From Opitutaceae bacterium (GTDB lineage: Bacteria > Verrucomicrobiota > Verrucomicrobiia > Opitutales > Coraliomargaritaceae), in NCBI GenBank assembly GCA_051252375.1, contig JBPOFY010000007.1:64001-128000 (forward strand): a stretch of DNA of 64,000 nucleotides, given 5' to 3'. The stretch's first letter is position 1. Each line of letters begins with the position of its first letter. Under the pieces are notes generated by a model, which was not told the DNA's origin, searched no databases, and saw only the letters and a program-made list of their open reading frames with translations. A program made the translations under genes and the position numbers. Positions 48,705 to 57,892 of the stretch are shown here, piece by piece.

Positions 48705-50030
48705 TTATTTCGCGGGCACCAACTGGCTAGAGTTGATAGTGCGGGTCCAGAGCTCTTTGCCTTCCATGCTCATTACACGCAGGACGAGCTGACGCTCCTC
48801 CTCGGGGCCGGTGACATCGATCAGTGCATATTGCCGCTCAAAAGTGCTGCTGCCGGGCATGCGGAAGAAGTTTAACTCGTCGGCGTTGTCCCTAGGCTTT
48901 GCGGTTAGTGGGCCAACAGTGAGGTCGTATAGATTGTAACTGTTGGCGTGAACCAGTCGAGTGAGCTCGCCGTAGTATTTGCCGCCGCTGATGAAGAATA
49001 AACCTGGGATACGCTCGTCGCGCAACATCTGCAGTAGTTTAGAGTGCTCGCGCTCAGCATAGCTAAGATTCTCGCGGCTATCGGCCGGGTTCAGGATCGG
49101 GCTACCGGCAACGATGAATTTAAAGGTCGCGGTGCTGCGAATGATCTCTTGGCGGAACCATTCAATCTGCTCTTTGCCTAGAATCGACGCCACTTCTTGA
49201 CTAGTGGGGGTGTCGTTACGGTAGCTGCGAACATCCAGAATGAAGAAATCAACATCCGCACGACGAAAGCGAGTGGCGATGCCTTCCAATGATTTGATTT
49301 TTACAGGTTGAGGCCAAAATGCTTTAAAGCTGCTCTCGGCATGGTCGCGGAAAGAGTAGTGGCGTCCAGAATGTTCCATCCCATAGTCAGCGCCACCCCA
49401 AGTTGCATAATTGGGCACACTCGACAGAAGAGGGCTAAGCTCAGGAATTGAACGTGCCTTTGTGTAACGCTTTAGGTAGCCGCTTTTGGATGCCCAATCA
49501 CTTTCACGCAGATGAGCGGTATTGCCCAGCCAGAGCATTATGTCCGGCTTCTTCTCCACGATGCTTGAGAAAATGTTATAACCGCCGCCGAGTGTTTGGT
49601 AGGGCGGCTCAAATCCATCCTCCACAACGTAATGCGCGCCACCAATCGCTATGCGAAAATCGGGTGGGGGCGTGCGACCGTGATAGAAAGCAGGTGACTT
49701 AAATGTGTATGTGCCGCTTACAAGCGCACCATTTAGCTCAACACGATAGGTGTATGTTTTACCGGGCTCGACTTCATGGAGAACGATGCTCGCAGTATTG
49801 CCCAATCCGCTATCCGTTTCTACCGGTAAGCTCCAATGTGCTTTGCTACCATCACCAGCATCATAAGAAATGCGCACCAAAGCGGGCTCCTCTGTTTGCA
49901 CCCATACTGTCGCCTCGCGAAGGTCGACATGTCCGAGCATCGGACCGTTGAGGATGCCTGCTTGCAGGCTAGAACTTGTGATGACAAGTAAACCGATCAG
50001 GATGGCGAAAGTGCGGGATAGGGAAAACAT
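48705..50030 (-). CDS. PhoD-family protein with degenerate metal-binding motifs (probable pseudo-phosphatase)
   Basis: Start moved to ATG 50030 (signal peptide). GPMLG...ATVWVQT, LDVRSYR, LGKEQIEWF give the PhoD fold, but GN, WGGAD and ISGGKY replace GD, WDDHD and ISGDRH. Confidence 0.8.
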   Translation of the reverse strand: MFSLSRTFAILIGLLVITSSSLQAGILNGPMLGHVDLREATVWVQTEEPALVRISYDAGDGSKAHWSLPVETDSGLGNTASIVLHEVEPGKTYTYRVELNGALVSGTYTFKSPAFYHGRTPPPDFRIAIGGAHYVVEDGFEPPYQTLGGGYNIFSSIVEKKPDIMLWLGNTAHLRESDWASKSGYLKRYTKARSIPELSPLLSSVPNYATWGGADYGMEHSGRHYSFRDHAESSFKAFWPQPVKIKSLEGIATRFRRADVDFFILDVRSYRNDTPTSQEVASILGKEQIEWFRQEIIRSTATFKFIVAGSPILNPADSRENLSYAEREHSKLLQMLRDERIPGLFFISGGKYYGELTRLVHANSYNLYDLTVGPLTAKPRDNADELNFFRMPGSSTFERQYALIDVTGPEEERQLVLRVMSMEGKELWTRTINSSQLVPAK

Positions 50031-50157
50031 TACGAAATTATATAGCAAAAACTGAAGACACCATTGGAAACAGCTTGTGCCACGGGTCAAGGAGTGATTG
50101 GGCCGATTCTCTCGGAATTTGCAGACTTGGATCGGTGATCTTCTCGAAAGCGTCAAC

Positions 50158-50982
50158 CTAAGATACGTCGATCTTACGATGGCGCGAGAAGTGAACGGAG
50201 TTGACCACGCGATCCACAATCGGTGGACGTTCCATTGGAGCATCCAAAATGGACCCATAGACATTTTTCAATAACTGTTCGCGTTCAGCTTGCTGAGAAA
50301 TGTAACGATGCCGAACTTCAACAAGTCCGGGGCGCAACTCCAACCACAGTGCCTTAATCTCAGTGATACGCGGAAAAAGACTGATACGTTGGCTTAGTTC
50401 CTTATTTGCTTTAAAGTCGGGCGATTTATCCATGGTTACACTGATCGCAACTAAGCAATCGCGCTCTTCCTCGCTCAATGACTGCCAGCTGACACCACAT
50501 AGTTCACATCGTGCCTCTGAGATGATGTGATGGATCGAAGGAGGTCGCTGACGCATGACGAGTGCCACCCATCGTAGTGGCCAGTTTTCAAACGCATATG
50601 CGATAAAGGCAAAACGAGTCTCCGGATCCAATAGGCGCAACTTAGTGACCAATGCCTCTGTTGATTGAATGTCACCGTCACTCGGTGCGTTTTCAATCAG
50701 CGCACTAGCCAGCATGTATTCAAAATCAGATAGACGTTCAGCGTAGCGTAAGTGCTGCCACAAGCCTAAGAACACCTGTTCGACACGCGCCATACGGATT
50801 TCAGCGGGTTCGCTGACGGAGCTGCCGAAATAGGCCTGCGCCAAGTCGACGTAGTTAGCCACGAGTGCAAGGTATTGCTCGCGATCTTCGCCTTTAGCGG
50901 CTTTGAGTTGGGCGCGTCGTGCTTTTCGCTCAGGTGTGGAACAGAAAAGCCGGAAAAAGAAGCGGCGGATGGCAGCCATCAT
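50158..50982 (-). CDS. Divergent ECF sigma-factor-like protein with C-terminal extension
   Basis: Sigma2-like DREQYLALVANY...VEQVFLGLWQHL...FEYML; sigma4-like LRLLDPETRFAF....ENWPLRWVALVM....SIHHIISEARCEL; start at MM 50982/50979. Confidence 0.5.
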   Translation of the reverse strand: MMAAIRRFFFRLFCSTPERKARRAQLKAAKGEDREQYLALVANYVDLAQAYFGSSVSEPAEIRMARVEQVFLGLWQHLRYAERLSDFEYMLASALIENAPSDGDIQSTEALVTKLRLLDPETRFAFIAYAFENWPLRWVALVMRQRPPSIHHIISEARCELCGVSWQSLSEEERDCLVAISVTMDKSPDFKANKELSQRISLFPRITEIKALWLELRPGLVEVRHRYISQQAEREQLLKNVYGSILDAPMERPPIVDRVVNSVHFSRHRKIDVS

Positions 50983-50996
50983 CGGTAGTCCTCGGG

Positions 50997-51689
50997 CTAG
51001 TCCTTGTCTCCAGGGTGCCGACGAGACTCGTGACGGCAGTCTCCCATGACCCGGATCCAAAGCTCACGCAGATCAAACAACCGGATAGATGTTTCACGAC
51101 GAAAGCCGTCGAGAAACTCCTGATTTGGGTGTGTGAGCTGGTTGAGCAGGGCTAAAGATTGGTTAAGCGCACTCAAGCTGTTCTTGAGGTGGCAAATTGA
51201 CAGACCGAAATCACCGAGATCGAGGGCCTGTATGGATAAAAGCACATTCATTTCTGCTTGGTGCAGGCTTTTGGCGTATTTCCAGCAGACTGTTGCAGAG
51301 ATGTGGTTCTCGCTGTGAGCCATGTAATGCTCCCAGCTTTGGTGTAAATAGCGGTAAAGTGCACGAGTGACGACGAACACAGGGTGACGATGCAGCGTAT
51401 AAGGCGCACCTTCGTTGGCTTCTGCGGCATTCGTTGACTCGTCATCACTTTCCATGAAAGTGAAATCATCAGTCATGGAAATGTCTTCTGCATCCCAACC
51501 CATCAGTGTAGCCACCTCGTCGAGATGGTTCGGCTTATCCTTTACACTGTTGTAGATCGAAAGAAAGCGTGAGGTGTCGCGGTCAGAACCTTTTAGATAG
51601 TTTCGCCATTGGGACTCGCTCCAGTTGGGTTCACTGGTGAACTCTTCGTCCCAATCGCCTTCAGAATGATCAAAATTTGATTCGCTCAT
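50997..51689 (-). CDS. Hypothetical protein (acidic N-terminus, helical C-terminus)
   Basis: Long ORF with natural composition, ending 14 bp before the next gene; start set at MSESNF. Confidence 0.7.
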   Translation of the reverse strand: MSESNFDHSEGDWDEEFTSEPNWSESQWRNYLKGSDRDTSRFLSIYNSVKDKPNHLDEVATLMGWDAEDISMTDDFTFMESDDESTNAAEANEGAPYTLHRHPVFVVTRALYRYLHQSWEHYMAHSENHISATVCWKYAKSLHQAEMNVLLSIQALDLGDFGLSICHLKNSLSALNQSLALLNQLTHPNQEFLDGFRRETSIRLFDLRELWIRVMGDCRHESRRHPGDKD

Positions 51690-51768
51690 ATATTTCGGTA
51701 ATTTCCGATAAGCAGAATGTGTGCGCATATAATTTAAAAATCAACCCCGTTTTCCAACTCTTCTGAAA

Positions 51769-51797
51769 TTGCTTTTCGCATCTAAACGACTTATAAA
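51769..51797 (+). promoter_or_regulatory. Possible sigma70-type promoter for the acyP-ABC operon
   Basis: ttgctt-17 bp-tataaa in the divergent intergenic gap. Confidence 0.3.
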
Positions 51798-51864
51798 TTG
51801 TTCGCTTATCGTAGTTGCTACCATTTTGGAGCACATATCAACTTACTTAATCTTTTGAAACCAA

Positions 51865-52146
51865 ATGAGTGACAATGTCTTCCGTATGAAATGCTGGTTC
51901 GAGGGGCACGTGCAAGGCGTGGGCTTCCGATACCAAACTATCAGTGTCGCCAAGGGCTTTGAAGTGACTGGAACTATCCAGAATTTGGTCGATGGTCGTG
52001 TCTATCTCTATGCCGAAGGCGAAGAGAGCGAAGTCACCCAGTTCCAACAGGAGGTAGCCTCCGAACTCTCTGATTATATTCGAGAAACTGAGTTGAAGAG
52101 CGACTTCGGTCCACGCATAACCAGTAATTTCCGCATTCTACAGTAA
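51865..52146 (+). CDS. acyP: Acylphosphatase
   Basis: GHVQGVGFRY, GTIQNLVDGRV..AEG. Confidence 0.93.
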   Translation: MSDNVFRMKCWFEGHVQGVGFRYQTISVAKGFEVTGTIQNLVDGRVYLYAEGEESEVTQFQQEVASELSDYIRETELKSDFGPRITSNFRILQ

Positions 52147-52148
52147 TT

Positions 52149-53048
52149 ATGGCGACTCCAGCGATACGTATCCAAGGACTGACGAAGGATTTTTCCGTCG
52201 GTATGCGCGGGCTCAAACTGCGCGCCGTCGATGGGCTAAACCTCGAAGTCGGCGACAATGAGATCTTCGGACTCCTTGGGCCCAATGGCTCAGGCAAGAG
52301 CACGACGATCAAAATCATTCTCGGGCTGCTGCAAGCCTCGGTCGGAGAGTGCCATATCTACGGCAAACCCAGCCATACCGTCGATGCGCGTCGCAGTGTC
52401 GGCTTTCTGCCGGAAGCGCCGTATTTCTACCGCTACCTGTCAGGGCGCGAGTTGATCCGTTTTTACGCCCGCGTGTGCGGCGTGCCACGCAGCAAAATCA
52501 AGGAACAAGTCGATTCCGTGATCGAACTAGTTGGAATGACAGAAGCCGCGCATCGCCGTGTGGGCACTTATTCGAAAGGTATGCTCCAGCGCATCGGTCT
52601 CGCGCAGGCACTCGTCCACGATCCGCAACTAGTCATCCTCGACGAGCCCACCGCCGGGGTGGACCCACTGGGATCTGCCGCCATTGCTGAGATCGTTCGC
52701 GAACTCAAGCGACGCGGGAAAACGATTTTACTATCTTCGCACCTTTTAGCTCAAATTGAAGGGCTCTGCGACCGAGTCGCGATCCTACATCGCGGCAAAC
52801 TCGTGCGCGAAGGACGGGTCGATGACCTCGTGCAGGACCAGCATACCGAGTCACTCGTAGTCGAAGGGCTCAGTCCGGCAGGTCGTGCCGCAGTCGAGCA
52901 AGCCATCGCGGCGGAGGGTGGGCGACTTTGCCGCGTCGAAAAACCAAAACTCAGCCTTGATGCGCTCTTTTTGAAAGAAGTGCAGCAACAAGAAGCGGCC
53001 CGCAGCGATTCAACCGACACAGTAGAGAAGGGAGGCAAACATGATTGA
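52149..53048 (+). CDS. ABC transporter ATP-binding protein (ABC-2 exporter, PilH-like)
   Basis: GPNGSGKST, YSKGMLQR signature variant, ILDEP, LSSH. Confidence 0.93.
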   Translation: MATPAIRIQGLTKDFSVGMRGLKLRAVDGLNLEVGDNEIFGLLGPNGSGKSTTIKIILGLLQASVGECHIYGKPSHTVDARRSVGFLPEAPYFYRYLSGRELIRFYARVCGVPRSKIKEQVDSVIELVGMTEAAHRRVGTYSKGMLQRIGLAQALVHDPQLVILDEPTAGVDPLGSAAIAEIVRELKRRGKTILLSSHLLAQIEGLCDRVAILHRGKLVREGRVDDLVQDQHTESLVVEGLSPAGRAAVEQAIAAEGGRLCRVEKPKLSLDALFLKEVQQQEAARSDSTDTVEKGGKHD

Positions 53049-53874
53049 TTCCATTAATCGCATACGCTTCATCGCGGGCAATACCTTCCTCGAAGCAGTG
53101 CGCCAGAAGTTCTTCAACTCGCTCTTGTTGATCTCCATCGCATTGCTTGCCAGTTCCACCTTCTTCCAGCAGTTCGATTTCGGCACCAATGAGCTGAAGT
53201 TTATCACTGATTTTGGCTTTGGGGCGCTGTTCTTTTTTGGCTCGATCCTATCGGTGACCGCCACCACGCAGTTGTTTTTCAATGAAATAGAAAATCGCAC
53301 CGCGCTGACAATGCTTGCGAAACCGATCCACAAGCTGGAGTTCCTCGCTGGCAAGTTTTTCGGGGCACATATGCTCATGCTGTGCTTCACCGCAGTCATC
53401 ACGCTCGTGCTGGCTGGTATGCTTTACTGGCGGGAAACAGAATTGATGGCTCGACTCGGCGAAGCATTTATCGACGGACGCTTGGTTAATTATAGCGATA
53501 TCTTCGTCTTCGGTCTGCTCCAATGGATGAAGTTTGGGGTGCTGACAGCGATCACGCTGTTTATTGCCAGTTTTTCGAACACCAACCTCTACACCATCGT
53601 CGTTTCCTTCTTCGTGCTGATCATTTGCCAACTGCAATACATCGCACGTGATGCCTATTCGACGATGGAGGCGGGTATTGGTCGCTGGTTAGTGCAATTC
53701 CTCGGTTTGATCTTTCCGAATTTCCAACTGTTCAATATCGGCGATCAATTGGTCTTCAATGTGAAGGCGCCGATCCCAGCGGTGACGATCCTGCAGATTG
53801 TCGGGTATGGTCTGATCTATACCGTTGTTTTCGTCTTACTCGCTCATGTGAATTTCCGCCGTCGAGAGATTTAG
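53041..53874 (+). CDS. ABC-2 type permease (PilI-like)
   Basis: IAGNTFLEAVRQK, EIENRT...LAKPI...EFLAGKFFG, about six TM segments, FRRREI end; overlaps the ATPase gene. Confidence 0.85.
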   Translation: MIDSINRIRFIAGNTFLEAVRQKFFNSLLLISIALLASSTFFQQFDFGTNELKFITDFGFGALFFFGSILSVTATTQLFFNEIENRTALTMLAKPIHKLEFLAGKFFGAHMLMLCFTAVITLVLAGMLYWRETELMARLGEAFIDGRLVNYSDIFVFGLLQWMKFGVLTAITLFIASFSNTNLYTIVVSFFVLIICQLQYIARDAYSTMEAGIGRWLVQFLGLIFPNFQLFNIGDQLVFNVKAPIPAVTILQIVGYGLIYTVVFVLLAHVNFRRREI

Positions 53875-53878
53875 TGCC

Positions 53879-54718
53879 ATGCACGAAGGTTCATTCATAG
53901 AGCATCCCTTAGTCATACGTCTGCGTCGCATCGTAGTCGTTTTGCTAGTCCTGATCTTTGTAGGCGCGCTGCTACGCCCGATTGAGTCACCCGCATGGCA
54001 AGTGGTGAAGTCTGGGCAATCAGAGCTCAACTTAGAAGGCATTGAAGGCTCACTAGGGCAGGGACTCGTCGTCGGCGTGCTCGGTGGGTTTCGCGCGATT
54101 ATGGCCGATTTCATGTGGATTCGAGTGAATACCATTTGGGAGCGCCGCGACCGCACCAAGCTCGATGCGATGATCCGGCTCTCCACAACTCTGGACCCGC
54201 GCCAAAGCTTTTTCTGGTTCAACGGAGCCCGTATGATCGCTTACGATGTCCCTAATTGGCGCATTAGAGAAGAAGGGGGCTACTCCGAGGTGCCGGAATC
54301 CCGCCAAGATGAAATCAATCGAGAACAAGCTGAACAGGCATTCATCTTTCTGGCAAAGGCGCGCGAGTTCCATCCCGACGAGCCCAAGCTCGTGGTCGAG
54401 GTCGCACAGATTTACCTCAACCGCCTAAAGGATATCCCCAACGCCGCCGAATGGTTTCTGAAAACATCCAAGATGCCCAATGCGCCATATTTCGCCGCCC
54501 GGATTTACGCCGAGCTCCTCAGGAGGCAAGGCCTCGACCGCGAAGCCTACGACTACCTGCGTGTATTATACGCAGAACTCCCCAACGATCCTTACGCCCA
54601 GAAAAACATCATTTTAGAGCGTATCCGCACACTCGAAAGCATATTGGAAATCCCGTATTTGTTACGCTTCAACCCAGGTGATGTGAGCCCGGCAGACCAT
54701 CATGGACATAGTCATTAA
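53879..54718 (+). CDS. Membrane-anchored TPR-like ABC accessory protein (PilG-like)
   Basis: N-terminal TM, LGGFRAIMADFMWIR, TTLDPR, helical TPR-like repeats; operonic with the ABC pair. Confidence 0.6.
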   Translation: MHEGSFIEHPLVIRLRRIVVVLLVLIFVGALLRPIESPAWQVVKSGQSELNLEGIEGSLGQGLVVGVLGGFRAIMADFMWIRVNTIWERRDRTKLDAMIRLSTTLDPRQSFFWFNGARMIAYDVPNWRIREEGGYSEVPESRQDEINREQAEQAFIFLAKAREFHPDEPKLVVEVAQIYLNRLKDIPNAAEWFLKTSKMPNAPYFAARIYAELLRRQGLDREAYDYLRVLYAELPNDPYAQKNIILERIRTLESILEIPYLLRFNPGDVSPADHHGHSH

Positions 54719-54745
54719 AGAATGTAGAAAGCACTAGATCGCGGG

Positions 54746-55084
54746 CTAGACCAGTCCGTTCTTTTGGATCTCTTTTAGCTTGTTGGCATCCACGACATCG
54801 GGGGCGCGTTTGTCCTTACCGGCGGTCTTATGATACCGACCGGTGACTTTGTCTTTTTCGTAGCGAGTGAAGCCGTGTTTCTCGACGTTTTCGTCGGTCA
54901 ATTTGTTCTTGGTCGCGCCTTCGGTGTATTTGCTCGATACGTTGGGGGCGTGGAAGACCTTGCGGACCGGATTGCCGGTTCGTGGATGGGTCTTAAGTGG
55001 ATCGTCGGCCATGCGTTGGATGTATTCAAAGGCTTCGCCGTCTGAACCGTCTGGGAGGATTTCTTGGTAAACGTAGGTGGGCAT
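54746..55084 (-). CDS. FmdB-family zinc-ribbon-like protein lacking cysteines
   Basis: MPTYVY....FEYIQRMADDPLKTHP.TG.PVRKV pattern of the FmdB family; GFTRYEK tail. Confidence 0.75.
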   Translation of the reverse strand: MPTYVYQEILPDGSDGEAFEYIQRMADDPLKTHPRTGNPVRKVFHAPNVSSKYTEGATKNKLTDENVEKHGFTRYEKDKVTGRYHKTAGKDKRAPDVVDANKLKEIQKNGLV

Positions 55085-55091
55085 GGTTTTA

Positions 55092-55345
55092 AAAGGCTGA
55101 AAACTGAAATGCTGAAAAGTTGAGATTTCTTAAAGGACTTCAATAAAGGCTGAAAACTGAAAGCTGAGACAGGATGTTTTGAGTAATTGGATCTGAGGTT
55201 TTTAACGCATCTGTTCCAGATATAGGTTTCACGAAATAATATTCGATGCAACTCGCAACATGAATTACGCATCCTGCATTACGAATCCCGTATCTCGTAT
55301 CAAAAATCTCATCCCACAAATCCCTAATATTAGACCTCAAATCAC
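55092..55345. repeat. Stacked 7/8-nt-period tandem arrays upstream of nuoB
   Basis: aaaggctgaaaactgaaa at 55092-55109 and 55145-55162; heptamers atgcaac tcgcaac atgaatt acgcatc ctgcatt acgaatc ccgtatc tcgtatc at 55246-55301. Confidence 0.7.
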
Positions 55346-55454
55346 CGAACTCGCCAATCAACTGTCACAAAGTCAAATTGTAGCTTGCATGGGATAGCGT
55401 CCAAACTAAGTTCTGAGCGTTTTAGGACGCCCATTAACCGGCACTGAAATCAAC

Positions 55455-56000
55455 ATGCAAAATCAAAACGTAGCCTACGATAGCAAAGTAGAGGGTGAAA
55501 TCATTGTCACTCAAGCAGATGCTGTCATTAATTGGATTCGAAAGCACTCCGTTTGGCCGATGCCAATGGGGTTGGCTTGCTGTGCGATCGAGTTGATGGC
55601 CGCTGGGGCATCACGCTTCGATATCTCCCGATTCGGAATGGAAGTGATGCGATTTTCGCCTCGTCAGGCCGATTGCATGATCGTTGCCGGCACGGTGACC
55701 TATAAAATGGCCGAGGTGGTGCGACGTATTTACGACCAAATGGCCGAGCCAAAATGGGTGGTCGCGATGGGAGCCTGTGCGAGCACCGGCGGCATGTATC
55801 GCTCGTATGCGACTTTGCAAGGCGTGGACCGTATTATCCCCGTAGATGTTTATATAAGTGGCTGTCCGCCACGTCCGGAAGCGTTACTCGACGCGATGAT
55901 TAAATTGCAGGACAAGATTGGCCGTGAGAATTCGGCTAAAAACTTGACCGCCCGAAAGGCCTATTCGCTTGAATCGGCTGGAGCAGGAAAGGAAAGCTAA
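55455..56000 (+). CDS. nuoB: NADH-quinone oxidoreductase subunit B
   Basis: [32 protein letters not shown]. Confidence 0.97.
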   Translation: MQNQNVAYDSKVEGEIIVTQADAVINWIRKHSVWPMPMGLACCAIELMAAGASRFDISRFGMEVMRFSPRQADCMIVAGTVTYKMAEVVRRIYDQMAEPKWVVAMGACASTGGMYRSYATLQGVDRIIPVDVYISGCPPRPEALLDAMIKLQDKIGRENSAKNLTARKAYSLESAGAGKES

Positions 56001-56003
56001 ACC

Positions 56004-56618
56004 ATGGCTGAGAGCGATTTGGCTCAATTAACAGAGCGCTTTGATTTCTTAACAGAAAGAGCGTCGTCTGATCATCTGGCATTGAATTGCCCGGCAGATA
56101 AGCTTATCGAGCTTTGCTCGGCGCTGCGCGACGACTTCGGCTACGATATGCTGATCGACGTGACTGCGGTGGACTGGGACGTGCAAAGCCCGCGCTTCAC
56201 CGGCATTTATCACTTTCTTTCGACCACGAAGCACGAATACATCCGTATCGCTGCGGACTGCACGGACGACATCAATCCGGCGCTACCATCCTTGACGGGA
56301 CTATATGCCGCGGCCAACTGGCACGAGCGTGAGACTTACGACTTGATGGGAATCACTTACGAGGGGCACCCTGATCTACGCCGCATCTTGATGTGGGACA
56401 GCTATCCGTATCACCCGTTGCGCAAAGATTTCCCGCTTGCCGGTATCGAAACACCGCTTCCAGCGGACGACGTCGCCGAAGTTACCGGAGCCAGTGTTTT
56501 ACCTGCACCGATGATGGGCGGTCCATTCACTTCTTCTGGAGATGGACCCATGAGCCAAACAGAGCCAAGCGCTAAGGACGAGAGCTGGACTGAAAAGAAG
56601 GAGAAACCTGTTAAATAA
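56004..56618 (+). CDS. nuoC: NADH-quinone oxidoreductase subunit C
   Basis: DVTAVD, ANWHERETYDLMGI..EGHPDLRRIL, HPLRKDFPL. Confidence 0.96.
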   Translation: MAESDLAQLTERFDFLTERASSDHLALNCPADKLIELCSALRDDFGYDMLIDVTAVDWDVQSPRFTGIYHFLSTTKHEYIRIAADCTDDINPALPSLTGLYAAANWHERETYDLMGITYEGHPDLRRILMWDSYPYHPLRKDFPLAGIETPLPADDVAEVTGASVLPAPMMGGPFTSSGDGPMSQTEPSAKDESWTEKKEKPVK

Positions 56619-56624
56619 TTTCCC

Positions 56625-57863
56625 ATGGCCACTACCAAAGAAATAACAATCGGTGACGTGAATGCACGCGCAAGCGAGCTCGAAACCGAGCTGCAAGGTG
56701 AGACTATGGCGCTGAACGTCGGACCTTCTCACCCGACCACGCACGGTGTGCTTCGCTTGATGATGGAGCTCGATGGCGATGTCGTTAAGAAGTGTGAGCC
56801 AGTGCTCGGCTATCTACACCGCGGCGATGAGAAGATTGCCGAAAACATGACTTATAATCAGTTCGTGCCTTACACGGACCGATTGGACTACCTCGCACCT
56901 TTGGCTAATAATGTCGCCTATGCGATGGCGGTGGAAAAATTGGCTGCCCTGGAAGTGCCTGAGCGCTGCGAATCAATTCGCGTGCTGTGCTGTGAGTTGG
57001 CCCGTGTTTCTTCGCACCTCCTCGGGATTGGCGTTTACGGTATGGATGCTGGAGCATGGACGGTGTTCATGTTCACCTTTACCGAACGTGAGAAGTTATA
57101 TACTTTATTTGAAGAACTGACAGGTGCTCGTTTCACCACCAGCTATACTCGTATCGGTGGTGTTGCTCGCGACATTCCTGAAGGCTGGCTCGGTCGCGTG
57201 CTTGATTTCTGCAAGGGTGTTTTGCCCGTGCTGGATCAAGTCGACAAGTTGCTCACTCGTAATCGTATCTTCATGGACCGCACAGTTGGTATTGGCGCGA
57301 TTTCGAAAGAAGATGCGATTGCATACGGCATCACTGGCCCGAACTTGCGCGCTTGCGGTGTGGATCTCGACCTACGCAAGGACAAGCCTTACCTCGGCTA
57401 CGAGAAATATGATTTTGATGTGCCGATCGGCACCAACGGTGATTGCTATGATCGCTACCTGATGCGTGCAGAGGAGATTCGCCAAAGTGTGCGTATCATC
57501 CGCCAGTGCATCGATCAATTCCCTGAAGGATCTTACTACGCCGAAGATGCAAAGAAGATTTTCGCCCCAAACAAGGCGAAGGTGTTGACGAGCATGGAAG
57601 AGTTGATCCAAAACTTCATGATCGTGACTGAAGGTCCACAGGTGCCTGCTGGTGAGGTATACTTCGAAGCTGAAAATCCCAAAGGGGCACTTGGTTTCTT
57701 CGTGGTATCTAAGGGTGGGGGCGTTCCATATCGTTTAAAGATCCGTGGTCCATCTTTCTGTAATTTGAGTATCCTCGATAAGTTGATTCCCGGTCACTAC
57801 TTGACGGACATCACCGTCATTCTTGGCTCGCTCGACTTCGTGATGGGAGAGTGTGACCGCTAG
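56625..57863 (+). CDS. nuoD: NADH-quinone oxidoreductase subunit D
   Basis: GPSHPTTHGVLRL, GYLHRG.EK, DRLDY, ENPKG, D.VMGECDR. Confidence 0.97.
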   Translation: MATTKEITIGDVNARASELETELQGETMALNVGPSHPTTHGVLRLMMELDGDVVKKCEPVLGYLHRGDEKIAENMTYNQFVPYTDRLDYLAPLANNVAYAMAVEKLAALEVPERCESIRVLCCELARVSSHLLGIGVYGMDAGAWTVFMFTFTEREKLYTLFEELTGARFTTSYTRIGGVARDIPEGWLGRVLDFCKGVLPVLDQVDKLLTRNRIFMDRTVGIGAISKEDAIAYGITGPNLRACGVDLDLRKDKPYLGYEKYDFDVPIGTNGDCYDRYLMRAEEIRQSVRIIRQCIDQFPEGSYYAEDAKKIFAPNKAKVLTSMEELIQNFMIVTEGPQVPAGEVYFEAENPKGALGFFVVSKGGGVPYRLKIRGPSFCNLSILDKLIPGHYLTDITVILGSLDFVMGECDR

Positions 57864-57892
57864 AAAATTTGAAATGCTGAAAAGCTGAACCG

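Noticed and set aside
33137..55345. Repeat arrays as CRISPR or DGR template/variable repeats
   Set aside because: No constant 23-47 bp repeat with unique spacers, no cas or reverse transcriptase gene, no adenine-specific mismatch pair.
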